The translations under genes and the position numbers were made by a program. Of a stretch of DNA of 64,000 nucleotides, positions 45,709 through 55,200 are shown in pieces (the stretch's first letter is position 1; each line of letters begins with the position of its first letter). Source of the stretch: Alphaproteobacteria bacterium. Its GTDB lineage: Bacteria; Pseudomonadota; Alphaproteobacteria; UBA2966. Where the stretch lies: NCBI GenBank assembly GCA_964291395.2, contig OZ219856.1:2304001-2368000 (forward strand), read 5' to 3'. A model generated the notes under the pieces. That model searched no databases. It was given only the letters and a program-made list of their open reading frames with translations, and was not told the origin of the DNA.

Positions 45709-46380
45709 ATGTCTGAAGACCTCTCTGCCGAGATTATCGAACAGATCGATTCCGTGATCCTCGAGGCATCGCGCCCGTTGATCATCTGCGACGCCGACGG
45801 CGTTCTCGTCGAATTCATGACGGCCTTCGAGGCATACCTCGAATACCGGGGCTGCTACTTCGACTGGGCGTCTTTCCGACTCGTGGGAAACGTGCGGCGG
45901 CGGGCCGACGACGAACCGATCGATGCCGGCGAGGTCAGGACGATACTGGACGACTTCTACAAGGAAAAAACCGAAGACCTCGAACCCTTGCCCGGCGCCG
46001 CCACGGCGTTGAGCGCCATGTCCGACCGCGCTCAGATCGTCGTCCTTTCGAACATTCCGCCGCACGCCCGCGAAGGACGCGCCCGGTGCCTGGAACGACA
46101 TGGCATGGACTATCCCGTCATCACCAACGCGGGCGGCAAGGGACCGGCCGTCCGGCGCCTGAGCGCCCGGGCCGACGCGCCCACCGTGTTCATCGACGAC
46201 ATCCCCCGCAACCACACCTCCGTCGCCCGGGCCGCAGATCACGTCACTCGCATCCATTTCGTGGCGGACCGTCGGCTGGCGGAACTCTTCGGGCCTTCCG
46301 AAGACAGTCACCATCAGGCCGCCGATTGGACCGAGGCGCACGCCATCATCGAACGCTGTTTCGCCGATCGGGGCTTCTGA
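45709..46380 (+). CDS. HAD-superfamily protein
   Basis: ICDADGVL (DxD), VVLSN, GKGPAV, FIDD. Confidence 0.75.
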   Translation: MSEDLSAEIIEQIDSVILEASRPLIICDADGVLVEFMTAFEAYLEYRGCYFDWASFRLVGNVRRRADDEPIDAGEVRTILDDFYKEKTEDLEPLPGAATALSAMSDRAQIVVLSNIPPHAREGRARCLERHGMDYPVITNAGGKGPAVRRLSARADAPTVFIDDIPRNHTSVARAADHVTRIHFVADRRLAELFGPSEDSHHQAADWTEAHAIIERCFADRGF

Positions 46381-47327
46381 TGGCCACAGACCCTTCCACC
46401 GACCCGAAGCGCGAAGCATCAGGTCCGCGAATTGGGGTCGACGTGGGCGGCACGAAAATCGAAGCCGTCGCGTTGTCGTCGAGCGGCGACGAGCGCGCCC
46501 GCATCCGCATCGCCACGCCCCAAACCGACTACGACGGGACGGTGAGAGCGATCTCCGATCTCGTGAGCGAACTGGAACGGCGCGTGGGAGTCCGGGGCAC
46601 CGTCGGCGTGGGAATTCCCGGCATCGTGTCACCGGCCACCGGACTGGTGAAGAATGCGAACGCTACGTGGCTGATCGGAAAGCCCTTGGACAGGGACTTG
46701 GCCGTGGCCCTCGCTCGTCCCGTCCGCGTCGCCAACGATGCCAACTGTTTCGCCCTGTCGGAGGCCCTCGACGGCGCCGGCCGTAATGCCCGGGTGGTCT
46801 TCGGCGTGATCATCGGCACCGGCACCGGCGGGGGCATCGTCATCGACGGCAAGGTCCTGACCGGACCGAACGCGATCGCGGGAGAATGGGGTCACAACCC
46901 TCTGCCGTGGCCCGACCCGGACGAAACGCCGGGGCCCCTTTGCTATTGCGGCAAACGCGGCTGCATCGAGACCTTCCTTTCGGGACCAGGATTGGCCCAC
47001 GACCATACCGGGAACGGCGGCCCGGAATCGACCGCGGAAGAGATCGCGTCCCGCGCGCTGGCCGGTGACGAAACGGCGAGGGCGACGCTCGCCCGCTACG
47101 AGCGGAGGCTGGCCAAATCCCTTGCATCCGTAATCAACGTCGTGGATCCGGACGTCATCGTTCTCGGCGGCGGCTGCTCGAACATCGAGCGTCTGTACGA
47201 GAACGTGCCCCGCCTTTGGAAGGCATACGCATTCTCAGACGAAATCACGACGGGGCTGCAGCCGAACGTTCACGGTGACTCCAGCGGCGTGCGGGGCGCC
47301 GCCTGGCTGTGGCCACCCTCCCGATGA
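46380..47327 (+). CDS. ROK-family sugar kinase (manno/fructokinase Mak-like)
   Basis: GVDVGGTK, NDANCFALSEA, GTGTGGG, GEWGH, CYCGKRGCIE, HGDSSGVRGAA. Confidence 0.9.
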   Translation: MATDPSTDPKREASGPRIGVDVGGTKIEAVALSSSGDERARIRIATPQTDYDGTVRAISDLVSELERRVGVRGTVGVGIPGIVSPATGLVKNANATWLIGKPLDRDLAVALARPVRVANDANCFALSEALDGAGRNARVVFGVIIGTGTGGGIVIDGKVLTGPNAIAGEWGHNPLPWPDPDETPGPLCYCGKRGCIETFLSGPGLAHDHTGNGGPESTAEEIASRALAGDETARATLARYERRLAKSLASVINVVDPDVIVLGGGCSNIERLYENVPRLWKAYAFSDEITTGLQPNVHGDSSGVRGAAWLWPPSR

Positions 47328-47380
47328 GACCAGGCGAGGCCGAGAACCCGGATCCGAACTCGAATCGATCGAAACGGCCG

Positions 47381-48217
47381 TCAGCAGCCGGAACGGGGAA
47401 GCGCCTCGAAGTGCGCGATCTTCGAACCAACGACGAAATCGCCGTAGTCAAAGACGAGCTGATCGGCCACGCCGTTCGCGAACAACCTGAACCCGACCTC
47501 GTACTCCGGCAGTCCGGACGTGTCTCCGACCTTGAAATAGGCCATCCGCATGTTCCAGGCTTCCTGATCGTCCAGCCCGGCGAACCCGGCGGCGGTCCGG
47601 CCGACCGGAGTGTGGCTCGTGACGAACGCGACCACATCGAACAGCCCTTCTTCGCCCGTCCCGTCGAAGACCCGCGCTTCGATGCGCTTGGCCCCCTTCT
47701 TCGCTTCGCGCGTCAGAATGCTGGCGTGCTCCGAAGGAAACACGGTGCCCGCAGGCAGTGGGATGGTCGCGGCGGCAGGAACCTTCATGCGAACGATACC
47801 CTTCTGCCGGACGCCGTCCCGCTCCGCCAGCCCGCCGAATTCCTCCACCAGATCACCACCGACGATATTGCGAATCCTGAACCGGAACGTGTTGCCGTCC
47901 TTGGACTCCCAGGAGGCAATCGCGAAATCGCTGTCGATCAGCCGCCCTTCGGCCCGTTCGATCCGCATGCGGATCTGCTGGGTGGTCGTGTAGCCCTCGC
48001 AGGCATCGGCCCATTCCAGCACCATGCGCCCCGAAACGCCGGTAATTCCGCTGTTCGATCGGGCGGTTTCCAGGGCCAGATCGTAAACGGCACGATGGGG
48101 CAGCGGATCGAGACCAGCGGCCGAACGAACGTCCTGGATCGGCGCGAGAACGGCTGCGGCGGCGACCGCCGCCGCGATCGTCATCCGGCGCGGCGCACAC
48201 GAACTTTTGATCCCCAT
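47381..48217 (-). CDS. eipB: Cell envelope integrity protein EipB (DUF1849)
   Basis: Signal peptide; PHRAVYDLAL, GRMVLEW, ACEGYTT, FPSEH, FDG, NGVA, DYGDF, terminal Cys. Confidence 0.85.
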   Translation of the reverse strand: MGIKSSCAPRRMTIAAAVAAAAVLAPIQDVRSAAGLDPLPHRAVYDLALETARSNSGITGVSGRMVLEWADACEGYTTTQQIRMRIERAEGRLIDSDFAIASWESKDGNTFRFRIRNIVGGDLVEEFGGLAERDGVRQKGIVRMKVPAAATIPLPAGTVFPSEHASILTREAKKGAKRIEARVFDGTGEEGLFDVVAFVTSHTPVGRTAAGFAGLDDQEAWNMRMAYFKVGDTSGLPEYEVGFRLFANGVADQLVFDYGDFVVGSKIAHFEALPRSGC

Positions 48218-48297
48218 GGAGACCGCAGTGTATATCACAGGTTCCCGGTGACGCCCTCGAGCAATCCGGGAATCTCTCGGAGCGGCGGGTCGGAACG

Positions 48298-49263
48298 ATG
48301 ACGGACAAACCAAGAATCCTCGTGACACGGAAGCTGCCGGATGCCGTCGAGGCAAGGCTGGCACGGGATTATGACGCGAAGTTCAATGCGGACGACACGA
48401 CATACGACACGGAGAAACTGGTGGAGCTTTCGCAGGACCGCGAGGCCCTGCTGATCTGCGCGACCGACAAAATCCCCTGCGAGGTGATCGAGCGCCTGCC
48501 CGAAGGTCTGAAAGCGATTGCAACGTTCTCGGTGGGATACGAGCACATCGATGTCCCGGCCGCGAACGCCCGAAACATCATCGTCACGAATACGCCCGGA
48601 GTCCTGAACGCGGCGACCGCCGATCTCACGATGATGATCATGCTCGGCGCTGCCCGACGCGCGTCGGAGGGCGAGGCGATGATCCGCGAAGGACGTTGGG
48701 AGGCCTGGAGCCCTACCGGCATGCTGGGAATCGACATATCGGGGAAATCTCTCGGCATCTACGGCATGGGCGGCATCGGGCGCGCCGTCGCGGCCCGCGC
48801 CAAGGGTTTCGACATGGAGGTGCACTATCACAACCGGAACCGGCTCCCGCCGGAACTCGAGAACGGAGCCGAGTTTCACGAGACCCCGGAGTCGCTGCTT
48901 CGGGCGAGCCACGTACTCTCGCTCCATGCCCCGCTCACGCCCGAGACACGGCACTTCCTGACGAGGGAACGGATCGAGCTGCTCCCGGACCGGGCGATCG
49001 TGGTCAACACCGCACGGGGAGACCTGGTCGTCGACGAGGATCTCATCGCCGCCCTGAAGTCGGGGAAGCTGGCCGCCGCCGGGTTGGACGTCTATCCGGG
49101 CGAACCGAACATCCATCCGGAATACCGCCGCCTCTGGAACACCTTCCTGTTACCGCATATGGGAACGTCGACGGTGGAAACCCGCGACGCCATGGGATTC
49201 TGCGCGCTCGACAACCTGGACGCCGTCTTCGCCGGAAGGCCCCCTCCGAACCCCCTGACATAG
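48298..49263 (+). CDS. D-2-hydroxyacid dehydrogenase (glyoxylate reductase/D-glycerate dehydrogenase)
   Basis: SVGYEHID, VTNTPGVL, GIYGMGGIG, VNTARG, GLDVYPGEP, LPHMG. Confidence 0.92.
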   Translation: MTDKPRILVTRKLPDAVEARLARDYDAKFNADDTTYDTEKLVELSQDREALLICATDKIPCEVIERLPEGLKAIATFSVGYEHIDVPAANARNIIVTNTPGVLNAATADLTMMIMLGAARRASEGEAMIREGRWEAWSPTGMLGIDISGKSLGIYGMGGIGRAVAARAKGFDMEVHYHNRNRLPPELENGAEFHETPESLLRASHVLSLHAPLTPETRHFLTRERIELLPDRAIVVNTARGDLVVDEDLIAALKSGKLAAAGLDVYPGEPNIHPEYRRLWNTFLLPHMGTSTVETRDAMGFCALDNLDAVFAGRPPPNPLT

Positions 49264-49401
49264 CCGTTCGCACACGCGCGGGGCGCGGGGCGCCGCCCGC
49301 TTCGGTCTCGAAGGCATCCCCCTCGTGCCCCACCGGGCTGGCACGCAACCCTGCAGATACTGTAATACGGGAACGCCTCCACAACCGAGGACGGGACACG
49401 C

Positions 49402-50175
49402 ATGGCGAGACTGCGGGGAAAAGTCGCACTCATCACGGGCGGCGCCGGCGGACTGGGTAGCGCAACGGCGCGCCGCTTCGTCGAGGAAGGGTGCCGAGTC
49501 GCCATCGCCGACATCGACGACGACGCGGGCGAGGCCGTCGCGCGCGAACTCGGAGATGAATGCGCATTCGTGCACAACGACCACCTGGACAGCGACAGCA
49601 ATGCGGCGGCGGTCATCTTCGCCGTCGACACGTTCGGGGGGCTGGACATTCTTCTCAACAACGCCGGCGCCCCATACACCGGGAAGATAGAAACCGCGGA
49701 TGACGAAGCCGTGCGGCGTTCGTTCGATTCGAACCTGCTCGGGCCCTTCCGCATGACGAAGGCGGCGGTACCGGCATTGCGGGCACGCGCCAGGGAAACC
49801 GGGAAGTCGGCCTCGATCCTCTATACCGCCTCGGGTCAAGCCATCAACGCCAAACCGGACATCTCCGCCTATACGGCCGCCAAGCATGGGGTTCGCGGCC
49901 TGATGCGCAGCGTGGCGCTGGAACTCGCACCCGACAACATCCGAGTCAATTGCGTATGCCCGGTCGCGACGGACACGCCGTTGTTCCGCGAGATGGCGCG
50001 GGAAATGAGCGACTCCGTGGAGACCACGATCGCCGATTTCGAACGGACGGTCCCCTTGGGACGACTGGCCCGCCCGGTGGACACCGCAAATGCTTTCCTG
50101 TTCCTGGCGTCCGACGAAGCGGAGATGGTTACCGGCGTGGCGCTGCCCGTCGACGGCGGTATATCGGCGTACTAG
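49402..50175 (+). CDS. SDR oxidoreductase
   Basis: TGGAGGLG, NNAG, YTAAK, IRVNCVCP. Confidence 0.9.
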   Translation: MARLRGKVALITGGAGGLGSATARRFVEEGCRVAIADIDDDAGEAVARELGDECAFVHNDHLDSDSNAAAVIFAVDTFGGLDILLNNAGAPYTGKIETADDEAVRRSFDSNLLGPFRMTKAAVPALRARARETGKSASILYTASGQAINAKPDISAYTAAKHGVRGLMRSVALELAPDNIRVNCVCPVATDTPLFREMAREMSDSVETTIADFERTVPLGRLARPVDTANAFLFLASDEAEMVTGVALPVDGGISAY

Positions 50176-50206
50176 CATCGACGGCCGCAAGGAAGGAGCC
50201 AGGCGG

Positions 50207-51022
50207 ATGGCCCGTGGACTGACTGCCGATCAGATCGCGCGCTGCGAGGACGAGGGCTTCGTTTTCCCGATCGCCGTGCTGAGCCCGGACGAGGCCGCGT
50301 ACTACCACGAGCGCTACGATGAGGCGCTGCGAAAAGGCACCGAGCTCGGCAGTGACGTCGTCAACGTCAAGGGTCATCTCGTACTCAAGTGGATGGCGGA
50401 CCTCGCCCGGGATCCGCGTATCCTCGACGCCGTGGAATGCCTTCTCGGACCGAACATCCTGTGCTGGACCACAAACTTTTTCGTCAAACGCCCCGGGGAT
50501 CAAACCTACGTCTCCTGGCACCAGGACGCGACCTACTGGGGATTGAGCGGACCGCAGGTCTACTCCGCGTGGCTGGCGTTTACACCCAGCAACCGTACGA
50601 GCGGCTGCATGCGCGTGATTCCGGGATCACACAGGGAACTGGTGCCCCACGCGGACACATTCGACGAGAAGAACCTTCTGTCACGAGGTCAGCAACTCAC
50701 CGTTGACGTGGACGATAGCCGAGCCGTCGATATCGAGCTGGAGCCGGGCCAAATGTCACTGCACCATGTGCAGATCGTGCACGGCTCCTCGCCCAACACT
50801 TCGCCGCTGCCGAGGATCGGATTCGTCGTGCGCTACATCTCGACCGAGATCGAACAGATGTCGGGATTTCGGGATTCCGCCATGCTGGTCCGGGGAGAGG
50901 ACCACCATGGCCACTTCGATCCGGAAACCGTGCCGGACCGCGACTTCGATCCGGACGCGCTGGCCCGTTTCGAGCGTCTGCGGGAACGGCGCAACCGGAT
51001 CCTGTACCGGGAGGTTTCCTGA
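50207..51022 (+). CDS. Phytanoyl-CoA dioxygenase (PhyH) family Fe(II)/2-oxoglutarate oxygenase
   Basis: WHQDATYW (HxD), GCMRVIPGSH, VHGSSPN, R for 2OG binding. Confidence 0.9.
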   Translation: MARGLTADQIARCEDEGFVFPIAVLSPDEAAYYHERYDEALRKGTELGSDVVNVKGHLVLKWMADLARDPRILDAVECLLGPNILCWTTNFFVKRPGDQTYVSWHQDATYWGLSGPQVYSAWLAFTPSNRTSGCMRVIPGSHRELVPHADTFDEKNLLSRGQQLTVDVDDSRAVDIELEPGQMSLHHVQIVHGSSPNTSPLPRIGFVVRYISTEIEQMSGFRDSAMLVRGEDHHGHFDPETVPDRDFDPDALARFERLRERRNRILYREVS

Positions 51023-51104
51023 AGACCGTTCGACGCCTTGCCGCAACGTCTCCGCGCGGTACACTTGAAGCATTCCCAAGACATGCGATCCGGAGGGGCG
51101 CGCG

Positions 51105-52577
51105 ATGGCCTCGCAGATCAAGAAGCGCTGGCAAAACTACGTCGACGGCGAATGGGTGGACGGCTCCACCGGCGAAACCATACCGGTGACCGACCCCGCG
51201 ACGGGGGAGCAGATCGCCGAGGTTGCGCGCGCCACTCCCGACGACGTCGATCGTGCCGTCGCGGCCGCGCGGGAGGCCTTCAACCGCCGAACGCTCTACG
51301 ACATGCGGCCTGCCCAACGGGGCGAGCTCATGCTGGAAGTGGCCCGCGTATTCAAGGAGATGGCCGACGAGGTGGCCCTGGTCGACTGTCTCGACTCCGG
51401 ACGTACCCTGGCGGGCGGCCGCAACGAAGCCATGGCCGCGGCCCGCTATTTCACGTACTACGGCGGCGCCGTCGCACAGTTCGAAGGGAAGTCGATCCCC
51501 CTCGGCGACGGCTACGTCGATTACACGATCAACGCGCCTTTCGGCGTATCCGCCCAGATCGTACCCTGGAACTTCCCCTTGCAGATCGGCGCCCGATCCG
51601 TCGCCTGCGCGCTGGCTACCGCCAACACGGTGGTTCTGAAAACACCCGAACTGTGCCCGCTATCTCTGGCCATGCTCGGCGAAGCCTGCGAACGCGCCGG
51701 CGTGCCGAGGGGCTGCGTCAACATCATCTGCGGCTACGGACACGATACGGGCGCCGCCCTGGCGGCCCACCCGGACGTCGACCACATCGTCTTCACGGGA
51801 TCGGTCGCCACGGGCAGGAACATCCTGCATGCCGCGGCGGAGCGCATCATCCCGTGCGTCATGGAACTGGGCGGCAAGTCGGCCGCCATCGCGTACCCGG
51901 ACGCGAATCCCGCGCAGGTTGTCGGATCGAGTGCCGTGGGAATCTTCAGCCATGCCGGACAGGTCTGTTCCGCCCAATCGCGTCTCGTGGTTCACAAGTC
52001 GATTCACGACCAGATCGTCGACGGCCTGGTCGAGAAGTCGAAGGAGCTGACGATCGGACCGGGACTGGAGGATCATGACCTGGGCCCGCTGATCTCGGAG
52101 AAGCAGCTCGACAAGGTCGAGGGGTACTGCATGGCCGGCGAACAGGCGGGCGCCACGGCGCTGACCGGCGGCCGGCGCTGCGGCATGGAAGGCTACTTCA
52201 TGCAACCGACGATCTTCGTCGACGCCACGCCCGACATGACCATTGCCCAGGAGGAGATCTTCGGTCCGGTGATGGCGGTCATTCCCTTTGAAGACCGCGA
52301 AGAAGCCGTCGAAATCGCAAACGGTACCGACTATGGCCTCTGCGCCGGCGTCTACACCAAGGACCTGGAAACGGCACATTGGACCGCCGACCGCCTGAGC
52401 GCCGGCCAAGTCTTCATCAACGAATGGTTCGCGGGCGGGATGGAGACACCCTTTGGCGGGACCAAGCGTTCGGGATACGGCCGCGAAAAGGGCGTAGAAG
52501 CGCTCCTGAACTATGTCCAGACCAAGAACGTCGCCGTCAAACTCGGCGCCGGCGCGGGTGGACGTCCCGGCGGCTAA
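51105..52577 (+). CDS. Aldehyde dehydrogenase family protein
   Basis: PWNFPL, FTGS, MELGGKS, GQVCSA, EEIFGP, PFGG. Confidence 0.93.
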   Translation: MASQIKKRWQNYVDGEWVDGSTGETIPVTDPATGEQIAEVARATPDDVDRAVAAAREAFNRRTLYDMRPAQRGELMLEVARVFKEMADEVALVDCLDSGRTLAGGRNEAMAAARYFTYYGGAVAQFEGKSIPLGDGYVDYTINAPFGVSAQIVPWNFPLQIGARSVACALATANTVVLKTPELCPLSLAMLGEACERAGVPRGCVNIICGYGHDTGAALAAHPDVDHIVFTGSVATGRNILHAAAERIIPCVMELGGKSAAIAYPDANPAQVVGSSAVGIFSHAGQVCSAQSRLVVHKSIHDQIVDGLVEKSKELTIGPGLEDHDLGPLISEKQLDKVEGYCMAGEQAGATALTGGRRCGMEGYFMQPTIFVDATPDMTIAQEEIFGPVMAVIPFEDREEAVEIANGTDYGLCAGVYTKDLETAHWTADRLSAGQVFINEWFAGGMETPFGGTKRSGYGREKGVEALLNYVQTKNVAVKLGAGAGGRPGG

Positions 52578-52624
52578 GCGGTATCCCGGCCCGAACCATC
52601 GACAATCAGATCAGGGAGGACTTC

Positions 52625-53092
52625 ATGATGGGAAGGATCGATGCGCGACTCGCCGAACTCGGGATCGAGCTCCCCGAGGCGGCGGTGCCCGTCGCGAATT
52701 ACGTGGCCTACGTGGTCAGTGGCAACATCGTTCATGTCGCGGGTCAGCTGCCCGTCGAAAACGGCGAGATGAAATACGTCGGGATCGTGGGTGACGAAGT
52801 CTCCGTGGAGAGCGGAGAGGCCGCCGCGCGGCTCTGCGCCCTGAACATCATCGCCCAGGTCAAGGCAGCCTGTGACGGAGACCTGGACCGCGTCCTGCGG
52901 GTGCTCAAGCTGAACGGCTTCGTAAACGCGCCCGCCGGCTTCAAGGATCAGCCCGCCGTCATCAACGGCGCCTCGAACCTCATGGTCGACGTCTTCGGCG
53001 ATGCGGGCAAGCATGCCCGCAGCGCCGTGGGCATGGGCTCGTTGCCTTTCAACGCGTCCGTGGAAGTCGACGCCATGGTGGAGATCAGCTAG
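52625..53092 (+). CDS. RidA/YjgF family protein
   Basis: LAELGIELP, PVANYV, GQLP, VINGAS, GKHARSAVG, SLPFNASVEVD. Confidence 0.92.
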   Translation: MMGRIDARLAELGIELPEAAVPVANYVAYVVSGNIVHVAGQLPVENGEMKYVGIVGDEVSVESGEAAARLCALNIIAQVKAACDGDLDRVLRVLKLNGFVNAPAGFKDQPAVINGASNLMVDVFGDAGKHARSAVGMGSLPFNASVEVDAMVEIS

Positions 53093-53110
53093 GGCGGCAA
53101 CTCTCGCCGG

Positions 53111-53857
53111 GTGCGGTGGGTCGTGCTTCGAGCCGACTGGCTGACGTCGCAGCCCATCGCCCATCGCGGACTCCACGATGCCGCTGCCGGTCGGCCCGAG
53201 AACTCGCTCGCGGCCTTCGACCGTGCCGCCGCTGCCGGTTATCCGACGGAACTGGACGTGCAGTTGTCGAGCGACGGCACGCCCGTCGTCTTCCACGACG
53301 ACGATCTGAAGCGCATGACGGGGCGGACCGGCCGTATCACGCGCAGATCCTCGCACGAACTTCGGCGCCTCCCCCTCCTCAGCAGCGACCAGCATATTCC
53401 CTCGCTCGCGGACGTCCTGTCGCTCATCGCCGGCAAGGTCCCGCTGATCATCGAAATCAAAAGCCACCGGTCCCAGGCCGGCCCGCTGGAGACGGCCGTC
53501 GCGCGTGCCCTCGGAGACTATCGCGGCGCCTGCGCGGTGTGCTCGTTCAACGTCTCCACCGTCGCCTGGGTCGCCCGGCACCTCCCTAACGTGCCGTACG
53601 GTCAAAACGTCATGAACTTTCGCGAAACCGGGTTTCGCCGCGCGACGCGGCGCCCTTCGTTCCGAGACATGCTCGTGAACCGCGCATCGCGCCCCCAGTT
53701 CATCGGCTGCCACACCGGTGCCGTGCCCCACCCCACGGCCGAACGGCTGCGCGGCAAAGGCATACCGCTCATCGTCTTCACGGTGCGGAACCGGCAACAG
53801 CACACCCTCGCCAAGAAATATGCGGACAACACCTTTTTCGAAGGATTCATCCCATAG
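53111..53857 (+). CDS. Glycerophosphodiester phosphodiesterase
   Basis: IAHRGLH, PENSLAAF, ELDVQLSSDG, VFHD, IEIK. Confidence 0.9.
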   Translation: MRWVVLRADWLTSQPIAHRGLHDAAAGRPENSLAAFDRAAAAGYPTELDVQLSSDGTPVVFHDDDLKRMTGRTGRITRRSSHELRRLPLLSSDQHIPSLADVLSLIAGKVPLIIEIKSHRSQAGPLETAVARALGDYRGACAVCSFNVSTVAWVARHLPNVPYGQNVMNFRETGFRRATRRPSFRDMLVNRASRPQFIGCHTGAVPHPTAERLRGKGIPLIVFTVRNRQQHTLAKKYADNTFFEGFIP

Positions 53858-53949
53858 ACGTGATGATCGACAACCGGTGGCTTTGCTAGACTCGTCCTCT
53901 CGCATGCGACCTGAATTCCTCAGTGAAACGACGCGGTTCACCGCCGTCC

Positions 53950-55134
53950 ATGGGTGACGTCGAACAGGCACCGGTGACCATCAAGGCCGTCGGCGACATC
54001 GGACAGATCGATGCCGCCGAATGGGACGCCTGCGCCGGCGGTCACAACCCCTTTCTGTCCCACGCCTTTCTCAAGGCGCTGGAGCAGAGCGGCAGCGTGC
54101 GCCCCGAAACCGGTTGGGTGCCCTACCACGTGGTGGTGGAGGACGCCGATGAAAAGCTGCGGGCGGCCGCCCCTCTCTACGTGAAATCCCACTCGATGGG
54201 CGAGTACATGTTCGACTACGGGTGGGCCGACGCGTTCGAGCGGGCGGGCGGGCGGTATTATCCCAAGCTCCAGCTCGCGGTCCCGTTTACGCCGGTTACG
54301 GGTCCGAGGCTGTTGGCCCGAGACGACGGGGACCGGGAGGTGAACCGCGAACTCGCCCTGGCGGGATGTGTCGAAGTGGCACGGCAACTCGAAGTTTCAT
54401 CCCTTCACATCACGTTCCTGACCGAGGAAGAATGGAAGCAATGCGGCGCCTCCGGCTTGCTCCAGCGTACCGGCGAGCAGTTCCACTGGCTCAACAAGGG
54501 ATACGCCGCGTTTGACGATTTCCTGGCCGACCTGACGTCCCGCAAACGAAAACAGATTCGTCGGGAGCGCCGGGAAATCCACGAGAATTCAGACATCGAT
54601 GTCCAGGTCTTCACGGGTGACGATCTGACGGAAGAGCATTGGGACGCTTTCTTCTCGTTTTACGTGGACACCGGCAGCCGGAAGTGGGGGCGCCCGTATC
54701 TGAACCGCCTTTTCTTCTCTCTTGTCGGAGAGACCATGGCCGACAGAGTCGCCCTGGTGATGGCCTCACGCGAGGGAAACTACATCGCGGGCGCGCTCAA
54801 CTTCATCGGCAGCGACGCCCTTTACGGCCGGAACTGGGGTTGCCGCGAGGACCATCGCTTTCTGCACTTCGAAGCGTGCTACTACCAGGCGATCCAGTTC
54901 GCCATCGAACGGGGCCTGGACCGCGTGGAGGCAGGCGCCCAGGGGCCTCACAAACTCGCCAGGGGCTATCTGCCCGTGCACACCTATTCAGCGCACTGGA
55001 TACGCGAGTCCCGGTTCCGGGACGCCATCGAGCGTTACCTCGTCCACGAGCGCGAGCAGGTCGACGAGGACATCTCCTACCTCGCCACCCACTCGCCCTT
55101 CCGGCATTCCGAAATCGAAGACGACGGGTTCTAG
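53950..55134 (+). CDS. GNAT-family N-acetyltransferase (DUF482/FemAB-like)
   Basis: NPFLSHAFL, KSHSMGEY, YYPKL, PFTPVTGPRL, LYGRNWG, HFEACYYQAI, EAGAQGPHK. Confidence 0.92.
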   Translation: MGDVEQAPVTIKAVGDIGQIDAAEWDACAGGHNPFLSHAFLKALEQSGSVRPETGWVPYHVVVEDADEKLRAAAPLYVKSHSMGEYMFDYGWADAFERAGGRYYPKLQLAVPFTPVTGPRLLARDDGDREVNRELALAGCVEVARQLEVSSLHITFLTEEEWKQCGASGLLQRTGEQFHWLNKGYAAFDDFLADLTSRKRKQIRRERREIHENSDIDVQVFTGDDLTEEHWDAFFSFYVDTGSRKWGRPYLNRLFFSLVGETMADRVALVMASREGNYIAGALNFIGSDALYGRNWGCREDHRFLHFEACYYQAIQFAIERGLDRVEAGAQGPHKLARGYLPVHTYSAHWIRESRFRDAIERYLVHEREQVDEDISYLATHSPFRHSEIEDDGF

Positions 55135-55200
55135 AGGGATTCGAGCCACCCTGAACCGCCATATGCGAGGCCGATTCCGAGGCGCATGCGCCGGACCGGC

